Below, piece after piece: positions 50,183-61,274 of a stretch of DNA of 64,000 nt (positions within the stretch are counted from its first letter, which is position 1; the number at the start of each line of letters is the position of its first letter). The stretch lies in contig CAVPHZ010000001.1 of assembly GCA_963704905.1 (NCBI GenBank), positions 195,438 through 259,437 on the forward strand, written 5' to 3'. The notes below the pieces were generated by a model. That model did not search any database, was not told where the DNA came from, and was given only the letters and a program-made list of their open reading frames with translations. Source of the stretch: Candidatus Chisholmbacteria bacterium (GTDB taxonomy: Bacteria; Patescibacteriota; Microgenomatia; UBA1400; Chisholmbacteraceae). Made by a program: the position numbers and the translations under genes.

Positions 50183-52432
50183 TTAGTATCTGCGGCGTCT
50201 ATTAGATTGATCTCTTCTTGAGCCTTGACCTTTTCTCTGTTGTGGCCTGTCTGAATTTCTATCTTGTCTCGGTTCAATACCTGGAACGCTCAGGTTTATT
50301 CTTCCAAGATCATCAATTTCGGACACTTTCACCTTGATTGTGTCTCCGATATTTACAATTTCATTTGGACTCGAAACAAATCCTGATGCCATTTTTGAGA
50401 CGTGGAGCAATCCGTCTTTCCCTGGAAGAATCTCGACAAATGCTCCGAACGGTTCAATTCTTTTCACTATGCCATCAAACTCTTCACCCGCTTGAACTTT
50501 TCTGGTAATGCTTTTTACCCAATCCACAGCTTTTTGTAAACTTTCCGAATCAGCTCCTGACATTGTCACGGCACCTTCGTCGTCTACTTCAACACTCGCT
50601 CCGGTATCTCTCATGATTTGGCGGATCATTTTTCCACCCGGACCAATGATGTCACCTATTTGATCTTGTGCAATTTTGACAACTTCGACTTTTGGTGCAA
50701 ATCGTGATAGTTGAGCTCTTGGTGCTGGCAGAGCCTCAAACATCTTTCCCAATATATGGAGTCTTCCAACCCTGGCTTGCTCAAGAGCTTCAATGAGGAT
50801 GTCCTTTGGTATACCTTTGATTTTTACATCCATTTGAATAGCAGTAACTCCATCCTTTGTTCCGGCAACTTTAAAGTCCATGTCTCCAACATGATCTTCC
50901 ATCCCTTGAATGTCAGAAAGAATTGCATAATTTCCGATTTTCCCTTCCGATTTCTGTTCTGTGATCAGTCCCATTGCAATTCCAGCTACCGGTTTTTTTA
51001 ATGGCACACCTGCATCCATGAGTGAAAGCGTTGAACCACAAACCGATGCCATACTTGTCGAGCCATTGCTGCTTAAAATCTCTGACACCACTCGTATGGT
51101 GTAAGGAAATTCTTCTTCGGAAGGTATCATCGGCTCAAGTGCTCTCTCTGCCAGAGATCCGTGGCCTATTTCTCTCCTGGATGGCCATCCAAATCTTCCT
51201 GTTTCACCAACACTATAAGGTGGCATGTAGTAGTGATGCATATAGCGCTTGGTTCCTTCACCCTCCATGGTTTCAATCCATTGTTCAAGGGAAGGAGCTG
51301 CTAATGTGGTTATCGTAAGTGCTTGGGTGTCGCCTCGCTTAAACATAGCAGAGCCATGGGTTCGTGGAAGCAGGTTGGTGTCGCAAGTAATCTTTCGAAT
51401 TTCGTCAAGCTTTCTTCCATCGATTCTCTCTTTTGAGGAGAGCGTTTTATATCTTATTTCAGCTTTAATCAAATCAAATAGCTCATCTTTTATTTGATTT
51501 CTGTTAAATTCTGGATGAGCTGCTGCTACCGCCTCGACAACACCATCAGATTCAGATTGTGTGTTCTTTTTTTCTTTTGATTTCGGATCAGATACTTGAG
51601 CAAGTAGCTGTTTGGCGTTCTTCTTCACTGTCTTCGTAAGTTGTACATCTTTCTTTTTTATTACCAGTGGTTGTTTTTTGGTGCCAACTGCCTTTGCTAG
51701 ATCTTCGATCGTCTTAATGACTTTCTTTGTTTCAACTTTGGCAATTTCAAACGCTTCGAGTATATCTTGTTCAGACACTTCATTTGCTCCCGCCTCTACC
51801 ATAACAATAGCATCGCTTGTGGCTGTTACTACCAGATCAAGATCTGAATAATCGCGCCCAACATAGGCAGGATTGACCATGAAGTTTCCAGTTTTTTCTC
51901 CTTTTGGAGCTTCTTCCCCGTTCTTTTTCTTTTCTGCTATTTGTTGTTTGGAAATAAATCCCAAGCGGACTGAAGCAACTGGGCCTTGCCAAGGAATATG
52001 GGAAATTGCGAGGGCTGCCGACGCAGTATTTATTGCCACAATATCAGGATCATTTTCGGAGTCGACCGAGAGAATCGTTAGGACTACTTGCGTATCGCTT
52101 TTGAATTCTTTTGGAAATAACGGTCGAATGCTTCTGTCAACCAATCTTGCATTTAGTATGGCTTCATCGCTTGGTCTTCCTTCACGTTTCACCCAACGAG
52201 AACCTTTAATTCTTCCCCCTGCATAGAGTTTTTCCTGGTATTCGACAAACAGAGGAAAGTATCCAAGATCTGGACGTTCATTTCCAGTTACAACTGTTGC
52301 AAGTATCATGGTGTCACCATAACGGCCGATGACTGCAGCGCTGGCTTGACCTGCGAACCTACCTACTTCAAGTTCAAGTGTGTTCCCACCAATTTCGACT
52401 TTTCTTGTTATGATTTCTTCTGGTTTTGGCAT
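50183..52432 (-). CDS. pnp: Polynucleotide phosphorylase
   Basis: 749 aa; two RNase PH domains, KH and S1 domains, and an Arg-rich C-terminal tail. Confidence 0.95.
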   Translation of the reverse strand: MPKPEEIITRKVEIGGNTLELEVGRFAGQASAAVIGRYGDTMILATVVTGNERPDLGYFPLFVEYQEKLYAGGRIKGSRWVKREGRPSDEAILNARLVDRSIRPLFPKEFKSDTQVVLTILSVDSENDPDIVAINTASAALAISHIPWQGPVASVRLGFISKQQIAEKKKNGEEAPKGEKTGNFMVNPAYVGRDYSDLDLVVTATSDAIVMVEAGANEVSEQDILEAFEIAKVETKKVIKTIEDLAKAVGTKKQPLVIKKKDVQLTKTVKKNAKQLLAQVSDPKSKEKKNTQSESDGVVEAVAAAHPEFNRNQIKDELFDLIKAEIRYKTLSSKERIDGRKLDEIRKITCDTNLLPRTHGSAMFKRGDTQALTITTLAAPSLEQWIETMEGEGTKRYMHHYYMPPYSVGETGRFGWPSRREIGHGSLAERALEPMIPSEEEFPYTIRVVSEILSSNGSTSMASVCGSTLSLMDAGVPLKKPVAGIAMGLITEQKSEGKIGNYAILSDIQGMEDHVGDMDFKVAGTKDGVTAIQMDVKIKGIPKDILIEALEQARVGRLHILGKMFEALPAPRAQLSRFAPKVEVVKIAQDQIGDIIGPGGKMIRQIMRDTGASVEVDDEGAVTMSGADSESLQKAVDWVKSITRKVQAGEEFDGIVKRIEPFGAFVEILPGKDGLLHVSKMASGFVSSPNEIVNIGDTIKVKVSEIDDLGRINLSVPGIEPRQDRNSDRPQQRKGQGSRRDQSNRRRRY

Positions 52433-52492
52433 CTAAATATTATTTTGGAAACTCCCCGTTGAAGTCTTTCCTATCCCTTCATACCTTCGAGG

Positions 52493-52762
52493 TTATTTAC
52501 TCAGACCGAGATTATTGATTATCGATTTATACCTTGTTTCGTCTTTTTTTAGCAAGTAGTGTAACAACCTTCTTCTCTTTGAGACCATTTTTAACAACCC
52601 TCTTCTAGAGTGATTGTCTTTAAGGTGCTCCTTAAGATGTTTACTTAAGTGAGTGATGTTTTCAGTTAATAATGCAACTTGGACTTCTGGAGATCCTGTG
52701 TCTCCTTTGCCTGTGGCAAACTTTTTAATAATTTTTTTCTTTATATCTGTCGGTAGTGACAT
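52493..52762 (-). CDS. rpsO: 30S ribosomal protein S15
   Basis: 89 aa; [30 protein letters not shown]. Confidence 0.95.
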   Translation of the reverse strand: MSLPTDIKKKIIKKFATGKGDTGSPEVQVALLTENITHLSKHLKEHLKDNHSRRGLLKMVSKRRRLLHYLLKKDETRYKSIINNLGLSK

Positions 52763-52837
52763 ATTTCCTCTTCGAGGATATCGAGTAGGCTATTGTAACA
52801 GAGAATGATGCAACTTTGAAGATGCTTTTTTTGAAGT

Positions 52838-54049
52838 TTATTCAACCTGTGTTTTTCCTTGATAGATTTTTGGTTTCATCCACTCCTCATTTTTTTTTGG
52901 TCCTTCGTTTATTGTCTGGGATTTCTTTCCTGTTTGAAGTTGAGTGTCGATGTTTTCGTCTTGATTGTTATTTGTTTTTAGTTTTACACTCTGTGATTTT
53001 GATTGATGATCTGCAATAGGTTGAAAGGATGGTTGTTTCTGTACGGGTTCTTGATTTGGAGATTGCATGATTTGTCCTGATTGTCCTGATCGCATGTTTG
53101 ATGGATTTCCAACCTGCAATCTTGGTTCTGTATATGGTAGTGGAGGTGGCGGTGCAACGGTTGGTTGCTGGCTTGGAGATGCTTGATTCCTAAATTGTGG
53201 TTGGGCACTCACTCTTGATCCTATTGGGTCGAGTGAAGGTATTTGTTGTGGTCCAGTCCATGGGCGTTGTCTTGTTGGTTGCGTGGGACCTCCTGGTGTG
53301 CGTTTTGCTCCACTTCGCATCAGTTCGGCTACTGTTTGAAATGATTCGGCGCTTGTATACGGTGCTTGGAAATTATTTGTTTGTGCTTCTATTCCTTTGA
53401 GCAGATTATTTGCAATGTCGACATTCACAGGTAAATTTACGTTTTTCATGAGGTGGAAGATCATTTCACTAATCGATCCCGCTTTTGGATCAACGATGTT
53501 GACCTGACCGTAATTTGAATTGGCAGCATTGCGATCAATGTTGATTACTGTCGCGTTTGAGAACGCTTGGCGATTTTTTTCGTACATCTCACCAAGGTTT
53601 TCTAACTTCTGACTACCGACAATAATCATAAGCTCTACATCGATACCTTCATATGAAAAGTTAACGCTATTTTGATCCAAGGGTGGGTATCCAGGTCGTG
53701 GTTGAATAACCAAGTTAAATTTCTCTCCTTCAACGTTGTAACTTACTTTCTCTATTGAATCTTCTTTGTAATCGAAAGAGATGATGAGGTTTCGATTTCC
53801 AATTTTATCTGAGATTTTGTCAATTCCTACAAGACGGCTATATTCCACCTGCATTTGACTAGGAGAGCCGATGGTTACGTTTTTCTTTGCCTCACGTATA
53901 CTGAGGAACAAGGCTAACCCAGCAGCAGTAGCGTCGAGACTAGGATTTTGTGGAAGAAGAACAAAAACGCTCTTTGCTGAATCGAGCGCTTTCTTCGCCT
54001 CTTCGGTTAAAGTTTGTCCATTTGCCATATAATTATACGTCTTCGTCAA
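52838..54049 (-). CDS. DHH-family (NrnA-like) protein with degenerate catalytic motifs and a Q/P-rich C-terminal tail
   Basis: The NrnA-like fold pattern is present, but the DHH motif reads IDRN and the N-terminal HxxPDGD reads LPQNPSLD. The ~150-aa C-terminal tail is low-complexity and Q/P/S-rich. The start may be the Met at 54028, which would remove a 17-nt overlap with infB. Confidence 0.55.
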   Translation of the reverse strand: MTKTYNYMANGQTLTEEAKKALDSAKSVFVLLPQNPSLDATAAGLALFLSIREAKKNVTIGSPSQMQVEYSRLVGIDKISDKIGNRNLIISFDYKEDSIEKVSYNVEGEKFNLVIQPRPGYPPLDQNSVNFSYEGIDVELMIIVGSQKLENLGEMYEKNRQAFSNATVINIDRNAANSNYGQVNIVDPKAGSISEMIFHLMKNVNLPVNVDIANNLLKGIEAQTNNFQAPYTSAESFQTVAELMRSGAKRTPGGPTQPTRQRPWTGPQQIPSLDPIGSRVSAQPQFRNQASPSQQPTVAPPPPLPYTEPRLQVGNPSNMRSGQSGQIMQSPNQEPVQKQPSFQPIADHQSKSQSVKLKTNNNQDENIDTQLQTGKKSQTINEGPKKNEEWMKPKIYQGKTQVE

Positions 54050-55688
54050 TTATTCTATAGGATATTATAACATCTTTAACTCTAAAGTCAACTCGAGGTT
54101 TAAATGTTATTCCACACTCATTCCCTGCTTTTACTTTGTCAATTTTTTCTTGCTCACGTTGTAATGACTTGATTTTTGTATCTGAAATAATTTCATCGTC
54201 TCTCTTAATATGAATTGGTAATGTTTTGTCGATTTCACCTGTTTTTACTTTACACCCTGCAATTTTTTCGTCTTTCATCTCAAATACTGCTATTACTTCT
54301 GCTTCACCAACTACTTCTTCATCTATGGTCGGCTCAAGTATTTTGAGTACTTGTTTCTCCAAGTCCTCGAAAAGCTTATAGATTATTCGATAGGATCTTA
54401 TCTTCACTTTTTCTATCTCAGCAAGACGTTTTGCTGAGCTAGCTATTTTTGTATTGAAAGCGATTATTGTGGCTTTGGTTGTGTCTGCTAGAAGCACGTC
54501 AGATTCCGTCACCTCACCCACACTTTTGCTAATAATCTCCACTTCGTCTGATAAATTTGAAGTAATTGCTTCGAGTGTTCCGGCAACATCTGCTATTAAC
54601 ACTATTTTGATGGATTGCTTTTCGTCTTCTTCATTTTCTTCGGTATCCTCACCTTCTTCTTTTGTCTCTTTTTTTGTTAAGGATTTTTTAGAAACCTCTG
54701 TAACTGGCTGTACAGGGTCTTGCTTTGACTCTGACATTGACGCATCTCCAATTATCAGTCCAACCAGAGGCATTGTTTTAAATCCCATCAGTTCTATCGG
54801 AGTGCTCGGACCGGCTTCTGTCACCGCTCTTCCGTGTTCATCAGTTAATGATCGTACACGTATCTTCTGTCCACCAATTTCGAGTTCTGATCCGACCTTT
54901 AAGGTTCCATTTTTTACGAGCAGTGATGCGATTATTCCTTTTTGTTTATCCTGATGAGTTTCAATGACAACCGCTTTGAGTTTTCCTTTTGGATCAGCCA
55001 GTCTCTCCTTTAAGTCACTTACTAGAAGGATCATATCGAGTAATTGGTTGAGATTTTTGCCAGTCTTGGCTGAGACTTCCACTGTTACCACATCTCCACC
55101 GTATGACTCAACAACAACTCCATCCTCTGCAAGTTGCCCTTTAAGTCGTTCTATGTTTATGTCAGGTAAATCTATTTTATTTATGGCTATGAGGAATGGG
55201 ACACCTGCTGCCTTGATGTGAGAGAGTGCCTCTCGTGTCTGTGGTTTGACACCATCATTGGCTGCAATCACAAGAACCACAACATCTGTCACCTGAGATC
55301 CCTGTGCACGCATCTTAGCGAACGCGGCGTGTCCTGGAGTGTCGATAAATGTGATCTGCCTATTTTTGTGAACAACCCTATAGGCGCCGATGTGCTGCGT
55401 TATTCCGCCATGTTCTGTGGAAACAACGTCAGACTTTCGAATAGCATCCAGCAGTGTTGTTTTTCCATGGTCGACATGACCCATAAAGGTTACAACTGGT
55501 GGACGACTGTGTTGAGATTTAGTTGAAGTACTTTTGGATTTTATTGTACTTTTTGGGGAAGTCGTTTTTTTGGTTTGTTTTCTTCTGGAGGTTGTTTCTT
55601 TCTTTTGTTTCATGGTTAAAGATTCTCTTACTATTTTTGAGATCGTGCCTGTTGCTTGGGCTGCCTTCGACAATATTTGAGATGACAA
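54033..55688 (-). CDS. infB: Translation initiation factor IF-2 (short form)
   Basis: [15 protein letters not shown]-domain and the IF-2 C-terminal domains; only 551 aa. Confidence 0.95.
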   Translation of the reverse strand: MSSQILSKAAQATGTISKIVRESLTMKQKKETTSRRKQTKKTTSPKSTIKSKSTSTKSQHSRPPVVTFMGHVDHGKTTLLDAIRKSDVVSTEHGGITQHIGAYRVVHKNRQITFIDTPGHAAFAKMRAQGSQVTDVVVLVIAANDGVKPQTREALSHIKAAGVPFLIAINKIDLPDINIERLKGQLAEDGVVVESYGGDVVTVEVSAKTGKNLNQLLDMILLVSDLKERLADPKGKLKAVVIETHQDKQKGIIASLLVKNGTLKVGSELEIGGQKIRVRSLTDEHGRAVTEAGPSTPIELMGFKTMPLVGLIIGDASMSESKQDPVQPVTEVSKKSLTKKETKEEGEDTEENEEDEKQSIKIVLIADVAGTLEAITSNLSDEVEIISKSVGEVTESDVLLADTTKATIIAFNTKIASSAKRLAEIEKVKIRSYRIIYKLFEDLEKQVLKILEPTIDEEVVGEAEVIAVFEMKDEKIAGCKVKTGEIDKTLPIHIKRDDEIISDTKIKSLQREQEKIDKVKAGNECGITFKPRVDFRVKDVIISYRIIDEDV

Positions 55689-55698
55689 AACGCATCAT

Positions 55699-56922
55699 TT
55701 AAGTTTTATCTTTCTCATCCTTATCCGCTTTTTTTTGTTTATCCTTTGCGGTATCGGGTTTCAATTTCTTCAATATCTCTTTTAACGCCTTTGGGCCAAG
55801 ACCTTTAATTTCTTTGAGTCCAGTCTCTCCTCTTTCCTTGAGAACTTCTATGGTGGTTAGATTCGCTTCTACAAGAGCATTTCTCACTCTAGTAGAAAGT
55901 TCGAGAGTGTCGATTTCAAATTCTTCTTCACCAGTGACAGAAATGGCTTTTTCTCCCGATTCACCTTGAATGTCGATTTTATAGTCTGTCAGTTTTGCAG
56001 CTAGACGAACATTTTGCCCGCCTCTTCCAATAGCAAGAGAGAGTTGATCATCTGGAATTGTTACGGTTGCTTTTTTCTTTTTCTCATTGATCTCGACCTT
56101 TATACCTTCGGCGGGAGCGAGGGCTGACGTTATAAATGTCGTAGTATTTTCTGAAAATTGGATAATATCAATTTTTTCTCCACCCAATTCGTTGATGACT
56201 GCTTGTACACGAACTCCTCGTTGTCCCACACATGAACCTACAGGATCCACCCCTTCTTGAGTTGAATCAACAGCAATTTTTGTCCGGTGTCCTGGCTCTC
56301 TGGCAATCGCTTTTATCACAACTGCTCCAGATGATACTTCGGGAACTTCCCGTCGGAATAAATCTTCAACGAGACCTGGATCTGCTCGAGAAACAATGAT
56401 GGTTTTACCTCTCATGGTCTCACGTATGTCAACGATATACACAGCCAGGCGTTGATTCAATTTATATCTTTCAGTTCTAACCTGCTCCTGGGAGGGCATG
56501 ACCCCTTGTCCTCGACCAATATCGATAATTATGTTCGGACCGTCGAATCGGAGCACCATACCATTTACTATGGTTTTAACTTTTTGTGAGTATTCATCGA
56601 TGATTGCGTCTTTTTCTGCTTCGCGAACACGCTGGAGAATTACCTGTTTGGCTGTTTGAGCTGCAATTCGACCAAATCCAGGTGGAGTAACATCTACATT
56701 CTTACCCTCCTCGTCGACTCTGAAAATTCTTGCTGCACCAGTCGCAGGATCAAGCTCAACATCGTAGTCAATCTCCTCCTCAACACCAATGTCTTTTCTG
56801 TAGGCTGCAAGAATAGCAGCTTGGATGGTTTCGAGAACCACTTCTGGTTCAATGCCTCGCTCAGCGCAGATTTGATTTAGTGCGGCCGCGAACTCTGTTC
56901 GGGCGCTTGTTGATGTTGCCAT
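55699..56922 (-). CDS. nusA: Transcription termination/antitermination factor NusA
   Basis: S1 domain, two KH domains and a C-terminal HhH domain. The start was chosen at MATSTS (56922); the ORF track starts at 56946, which would overlap the upstream terminator. Confidence 0.93.
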   Translation of the reverse strand: MATSTSARTEFAAALNQICAERGIEPEVVLETIQAAILAAYRKDIGVEEEIDYDVELDPATGAARIFRVDEEGKNVDVTPPGFGRIAAQTAKQVILQRVREAEKDAIIDEYSQKVKTIVNGMVLRFDGPNIIIDIGRGQGVMPSQEQVRTERYKLNQRLAVYIVDIRETMRGKTIIVSRADPGLVEDLFRREVPEVSSGAVVIKAIAREPGHRTKIAVDSTQEGVDPVGSCVGQRGVRVQAVINELGGEKIDIIQFSENTTTFITSALAPAEGIKVEINEKKKKATVTIPDDQLSLAIGRGGQNVRLAAKLTDYKIDIQGESGEKAISVTGEEEFEIDTLELSTRVRNALVEANLTTIEVLKERGETGLKEIKGLGPKALKEILKKLKPDTAKDKQKKADKDEKDKT

Positions 56923-56944
56923 ATTTTTTCTTCTTCTTTTTAAC

Positions 56945-56966
56945 AAAAAAGGCGGGTATTCCCACC
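56945..56966 (-). terminator. Intrinsic terminator downstream of dnaJ
   Basis: The minus-strand RNA reads GGUGGG-AAUA-CCCGCC followed by UUUUUU. Confidence 0.5.
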
Positions 56967-57059
56967 TCTTTCCATTTCTTTCCGAATCTTTCGTAGTTTA
57001 TCACCAAACGTCTTTTAGGTCAACTCATTCAAGATTGGATTTATATTATCATTAATTAT

Positions 57060-57950
57060 TCATTCCTCATTGATGATTGATGCTAGTTTTTGAAATAGTT
57101 TTTTTTGTTCCTGGTTTAATTTGTCTGGAACCTTGACGATAATGCGGATGTATTGATCACCACGACCACGACCATGAATATGTTTCACACCTTCACTTCT
57201 TAAACGAACCATGGCTCCAGGCTGTGTTCCAGGACGGATTTTTAGCTTTAATTTGCCATCGAGGGTTGGAATTTCAGTTGTTCCCCCAAGTGTTGCTACG
57301 GTGAAGGGAATTTCATGATTGACAAAAACGTCGACGCCATCACGTTTGAATGTATCGTGAGGTTTGACGTCGATGGTGACATCAAACTCTTTAAACTGAA
57401 TTCGAGTACCATCATCAGCTCCGGCGGGAATTTTTATTTTTCTTTCTTTTCCGTCTATTGTTACCGTCTTTTCCACACCGTTCACTGCTTCCATAAAATC
57501 TATCGTTAATCCATACCTCGGTCTGGCTGGTTCTCGACTAAATGGTGAAGCTCCACCAAAAAATGACTCAAAAATTTCGAATGGATCTGAAAATCCCCCA
57601 AAATCTGCTCCTTGGAAAGGATTTCCGCCAGTGGTATATGTGTATGTAAATGGACCTGATCGATGGGTTCCTCCTGAGTTTCCGGCCCCTCCAAATGGTC
57701 CACCTGCATATCCGCCTGAGGCTGGGTCAAAGGCTGCGTGACCGAACTGGTCATATAATTGTTTCTTTTTTGAATCAGAGAGAATTTCGTAGGCTTCGTT
57801 GACTTCTTTGAATTTATCCTCTGCGTCAGACGCTTTGTTGCGATCTGGATGAAACTCTAAGGCTTTCTTTCGATACGCCTTTTTTAATTCATCTGCTGAA
57901 GCGGTTTTTGAAACACCAAGAATATCGTAGTAATCACGCTTAGTTGGCAT
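57060..57950 (-). CDS. dnaJ: DnaJ-class co-chaperone, type II (J domain plus G/F region, no Cys-rich zinc finger)
   Basis: [33 protein letters not shown]; a G/F-rich stretch; no CxxCxGxG repeats. Confidence 0.85.
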   Translation of the reverse strand: MPTKRDYYDILGVSKTASADELKKAYRKKALEFHPDRNKASDAEDKFKEVNEAYEILSDSKKKQLYDQFGHAAFDPASGGYAGGPFGGAGNSGGTHRSGPFTYTYTTGGNPFQGADFGGFSDPFEIFESFFGGASPFSREPARPRYGLTIDFMEAVNGVEKTVTIDGKERKIKIPAGADDGTRIQFKEFDVTIDVKPHDTFKRDGVDVFVNHEIPFTVATLGGTTEIPTLDGKLKLKIRPGTQPGAMVRLRSEGVKHIHGRGRGDQYIRIIVKVPDKLNQEQKKLFQKLASIINEE

Positions 57951-57981
57951 GGAATCATTGTAGCAAGGAAGACTGAAGCGT

Positions 57982-59913
57982 TTAGTCCTTTACCACTTCT
58001 CCTTCTTCGGCTTCTTCCTTTCCTTTTTTTTCATCAGACTGCTTTTTCTTAGCTTTATCTTTTCCCTTTTTCTTTATTTCTTCTTCCCCTTTTTGAGGTT
58101 CGTCTTCTTTTGCCTGTTCGTACAATGCAGTGCCGACTTTTTGTAACTCGTCTGAAAGTTCCTTTGAGACTTCCTCTATCTCAGATTGTTTCACTTCTTG
58201 TTTTTCGAGGGTTTCTTTGACTTTCTTGACTTTGTCTTCAATCTTGGCTTTGTCTTCTCTTTTCAGCTTTTCACCAGCGTCTTTTATGGTTTTCTCTGCT
58301 GTGAAGACTAAGGCGTCAGCTTGATTTCGAGCTTCGACTTGCTCTTTTTTCTGTTTATCTTCCTCTGCATGCTTTTCTGCCTCCGCTTTCATTTTTTCGA
58401 CCTCATCGTCCGTGAGTTGGGTTGCGTTTTTAATGGAAATCTTCTGTTCCTTTCCGGTCGCCTTATCTTTGGCTGAAACATTCAAGATTCCGTTACTATC
58501 GATGTCAAATGTCACTTCAACCTGTGGAATACCACGTGGAGCAGGTGGAATTCCATCAAGAATAAATCGTCCAAGCGATTTGTTGTCTGTCGCCATTGGA
58601 CGTTCACCTTGGACTACATGAACTTCAACTTGGGTTTGATTATCGGCAGCTGTTGAAAAAATCTGCGATTTTTTTGCTGGAATTGTGGTATTTCGTTCAA
58701 TAAGTGGTGTCGCAACTTGGCCAAGCGTCTCGATGCCAAGCGTTAATGGTGTTACGTCTAAAAGCAGCACATCTTTTACGTCGCCAGCAAGTACACCACC
58801 TTGAATGGCAGCTCCAACGGCAACAACTTCGTCAGGATTAACACCTTTGTGAGGTTCTCTTTCAAAGAAACCCTGAACTACTTCCTGAATTTTTGGCATC
58901 CGAGTTTGACCGCCAACCAGAATGATTTCGTCGATATCGCTGACCTCAAGTTTTGCATCTTTTAAGCATGCTTTAACTGGCTTCATGGTTTTTTCAATCA
59001 GATCATCAACCAACTGTTCCAGTTTTGCCCGAGTGAGCTTTACAGTGAGGTGGAGTGGATTATGATCACTACCTTGGGTAATGAATGGTTGATTGATCTC
59101 AGTTTCCTGGCTACTTGAAAGTTCGATCTTGGCTTTTTCTGCAGCATCTCTTAAGCGCTGGAGTGCTTGTTTGTCTTTGCGAAGATCGATACCGTTTTCT
59201 TTTTTAAACTCATCGGCTAGCCAGTCAACAATACGTTTGTCAAAATCATCTCCACCCAAGAATGTATCACCATTGGTAGCTTTAACTTCAAACACTCCGT
59301 CGCCGATTTCAAGAATTGAGATATCGAACGTTCCTCCACCTAGATCATAGATGGCAATTTTCCCTGATTTCTTTTTATCCAATCCGTATGCTAGAGCCGC
59401 AGCAGTTGGTTCATTAATAATTCGTTCAACCGTTAGGCCGGCAATTTCTCCTGCTTGTTTGGTTGCTTGTCTTTGAGAATCGTCAAAATAGGCTGGGACA
59501 GTTACCACAGCTTTTTCCACCTTTTCTCCGAGATAGGCCTCGGCGTCGACTTTGGCTTTTTGCAAAATCTTGGCCGAAATTTCTTGCGGGGTATATTCCT
59601 TTCCGTCTACTTCAACTGCGGCCATTTTTTCTTTTCCAGACACTATTTTGTATGACACCATTTCTATGGACTTTTTAACCATGTCGTCACTAAATCTTCG
59701 GCCCATTAAACGCTTGACGCTATAGATTGTTTTTTCAGGATTCAAGATCATTTGCCGTTTGGCAACATCACCGACAAGGTTCTTTGTGGGTTCTACCACT
59801 GAAGGAATAAGATTTCTCCCTTCGGCTGTTGGAATGACTTTTGGTTTCCCACCCTCCATTACCGCGACTGCTGAGTTGGTTGTTCCTAAATCTATACCAA
59901 TAATTTTTGCCAT
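57982..59913 (-). CDS. dnaK: Chaperone DnaK (Hsp70)
   Basis: [14 protein letters not shown]...DLGGGTFD... Confidence 0.97.
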   Translation of the reverse strand: MAKIIGIDLGTTNSAVAVMEGGKPKVIPTAEGRNLIPSVVEPTKNLVGDVAKRQMILNPEKTIYSVKRLMGRRFSDDMVKKSIEMVSYKIVSGKEKMAAVEVDGKEYTPQEISAKILQKAKVDAEAYLGEKVEKAVVTVPAYFDDSQRQATKQAGEIAGLTVERIINEPTAAALAYGLDKKKSGKIAIYDLGGGTFDISILEIGDGVFEVKATNGDTFLGGDDFDKRIVDWLADEFKKENGIDLRKDKQALQRLRDAAEKAKIELSSSQETEINQPFITQGSDHNPLHLTVKLTRAKLEQLVDDLIEKTMKPVKACLKDAKLEVSDIDEIILVGGQTRMPKIQEVVQGFFEREPHKGVNPDEVVAVGAAIQGGVLAGDVKDVLLLDVTPLTLGIETLGQVATPLIERNTTIPAKKSQIFSTAADNQTQVEVHVVQGERPMATDNKSLGRFILDGIPPAPRGIPQVEVTFDIDSNGILNVSAKDKATGKEQKISIKNATQLTDDEVEKMKAEAEKHAEEDKQKKEQVEARNQADALVFTAEKTIKDAGEKLKREDKAKIEDKVKKVKETLEKQEVKQSEIEEVSKELSDELQKVGTALYEQAKEDEPQKGEEEIKKKGKDKAKKKQSDEKKGKEEAEEGEVVKD

Positions 59914-59923
59914 GTTTCCTCCT

Positions 59924-60403
59924 TTATTTATGACCAGTGCCTACTTCAACTTTAACAGGTCTGATAACGCGATCGTATAGTTTATATCCTTTTAATTGGA
60001 TGTTCACTACTTTGTTTTTTTTGCCGGGAACCATTTCCACGCAGTCCATGGTTTCCGGATCAAATTCTTTGTTTAATGCTTCTATTTCTTCTACGCCTTC
60101 TGATTCGAGTACCTCCTGAAATTGTTCGATGATTAGCTCTATTCCTTTTTCTTTTATATGAACTACTGCTCTTTCTAGGTCATCCAACACACCTAAGAGT
60201 TTGTCGATCAAGCTGGCAGTAGCAAGTTTGACAAATTTCTTTTGCTGATGATCAATGCGTTTTTCAAGGTTATGATAATCTGCTAATGCCCGTCTCCAGT
60301 TTTCTTCGAGTTCTTTAGTTCTTATTTCTAGGTCATTAACTGTTGTATTCTTTTTGCTATTCTTATCTTTTCCCATATCAATCTTTATCGCCCTTATTAA
60401 CAC
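59924..60403 (-). CDS. grpE: Nucleotide exchange factor GrpE
   Basis: Coiled-coil N-terminus followed by the GrpE beta domain ([15 protein letters not shown]). The start may be the internal Met at 60376. Confidence 0.85.
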   Translation of the reverse strand: MLIRAIKIDMGKDKNSKKNTTVNDLEIRTKELEENWRRALADYHNLEKRIDHQQKKFVKLATASLIDKLLGVLDDLERAVVHIKEKGIELIIEQFQEVLESEGVEEIEALNKEFDPETMDCVEMVPGKKNKVVNIQLKGYKLYDRVIRPVKVEVGTGHK

Positions 60404-60441
60404 GTTTCTTCCATTGTAAACACAATTTTATCGGAAAGGTA

Positions 60442-61170
60442 TTAGTTCCAGTCTTTTGCTATTTCGTTGATGAGAGTTCCAAAATAGCGAACCATAGGAA
60501 TAACATATGGATAATTGAGACGTGTTGGCCCTATCACTCCTAATGATCCTGACCGTTTTCCTGCAGAAAAACGAGTGAATACCATTCCGACTGGTTCGAA
60601 ATATCTATGTCCTAATTCCTCACCAACTAGAATGTGAATGTCTTCATCAGACAACGATTGATTAAAAAGATTAAGTAGACTCTGAGTCTCGTCTAACAAT
60701 GAAAGTACAGATCGCGTTACATCGATGTCGAAGAACTCTGGCATGTCTAATATGTTTGCATACCCAGCATGATAGACCATCTGATCATCAGAAGCTGCTA
60801 CCGATAAAGCACCGGTTCTCTCAGAGAGACATTGGGTTGCTTCACGAAGGAGTTTTTCCATCTCAAATCGCTGGTCCCATATACGTTCTTTGACTGAAAC
60901 TTCTTCAGAGACGGAGAGTTGTTGCTCCTTCATGAGGTCACTAATGTAGTGCTTAATCGCCATGGGGCTAGGAATTCTTCCAGCAGAAGTATGTGGTTGC
61001 TTGAGAAACCCTTGATTGGTTAGTTCCACCATCTCATTTCGAATGGTTGCTGGAGATATTCCAAGGTTGTACTTCTTATCAAGTGTTTCGGAGCCCACAG
61101 GTTGGGCTGTTTCAGTAAACTCCTCGATAATACATTTTAATATTTGGGTCTGGCGGTCTGTGATATTCAT
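60442..61170 (-). CDS. hrcA: Heat-inducible transcription repressor HrcA (short)
   Basis: N-terminal winged helix ILKCIIEEFTETAQPVGSETLDKKYNLGISPATIRNEMVELTNQGFL. Confidence 0.8.
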   Translation of the reverse strand: MNITDRQTQILKCIIEEFTETAQPVGSETLDKKYNLGISPATIRNEMVELTNQGFLKQPHTSAGRIPSPMAIKHYISDLMKEQQLSVSEEVSVKERIWDQRFEMEKLLREATQCLSERTGALSVAASDDQMVYHAGYANILDMPEFFDIDVTRSVLSLLDETQSLLNLFNQSLSDEDIHILVGEELGHRYFEPVGMVFTRFSAGKRSGSLGVIGPTRLNYPYVIPMVRYFGTLINEIAKDWN

Positions 61171-61224
61171 ATGTGATCTTCCCTTCTAGGCAGGAAAGAT
61201 TGCTTGGTTAATAGTTGGCACTAA

Positions 61225-61251
61225 AATATCATGACTGCTAATATATGTCAA
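61225..61251. promoter_or_regulatory. CIRCE-like operator upstream of hrcA-grpE-dnaK-dnaJ
   Basis: TTGGCACTA-N9-GACTGCTAA compared with the CIRCE consensus TTAGCACTC-N9-GAGTGCTAA; 7/9 and 8/9 matches. Confidence 0.5.
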
Positions 61252-61274
61252 GTTATTTTGAATTTCGTCAATTT

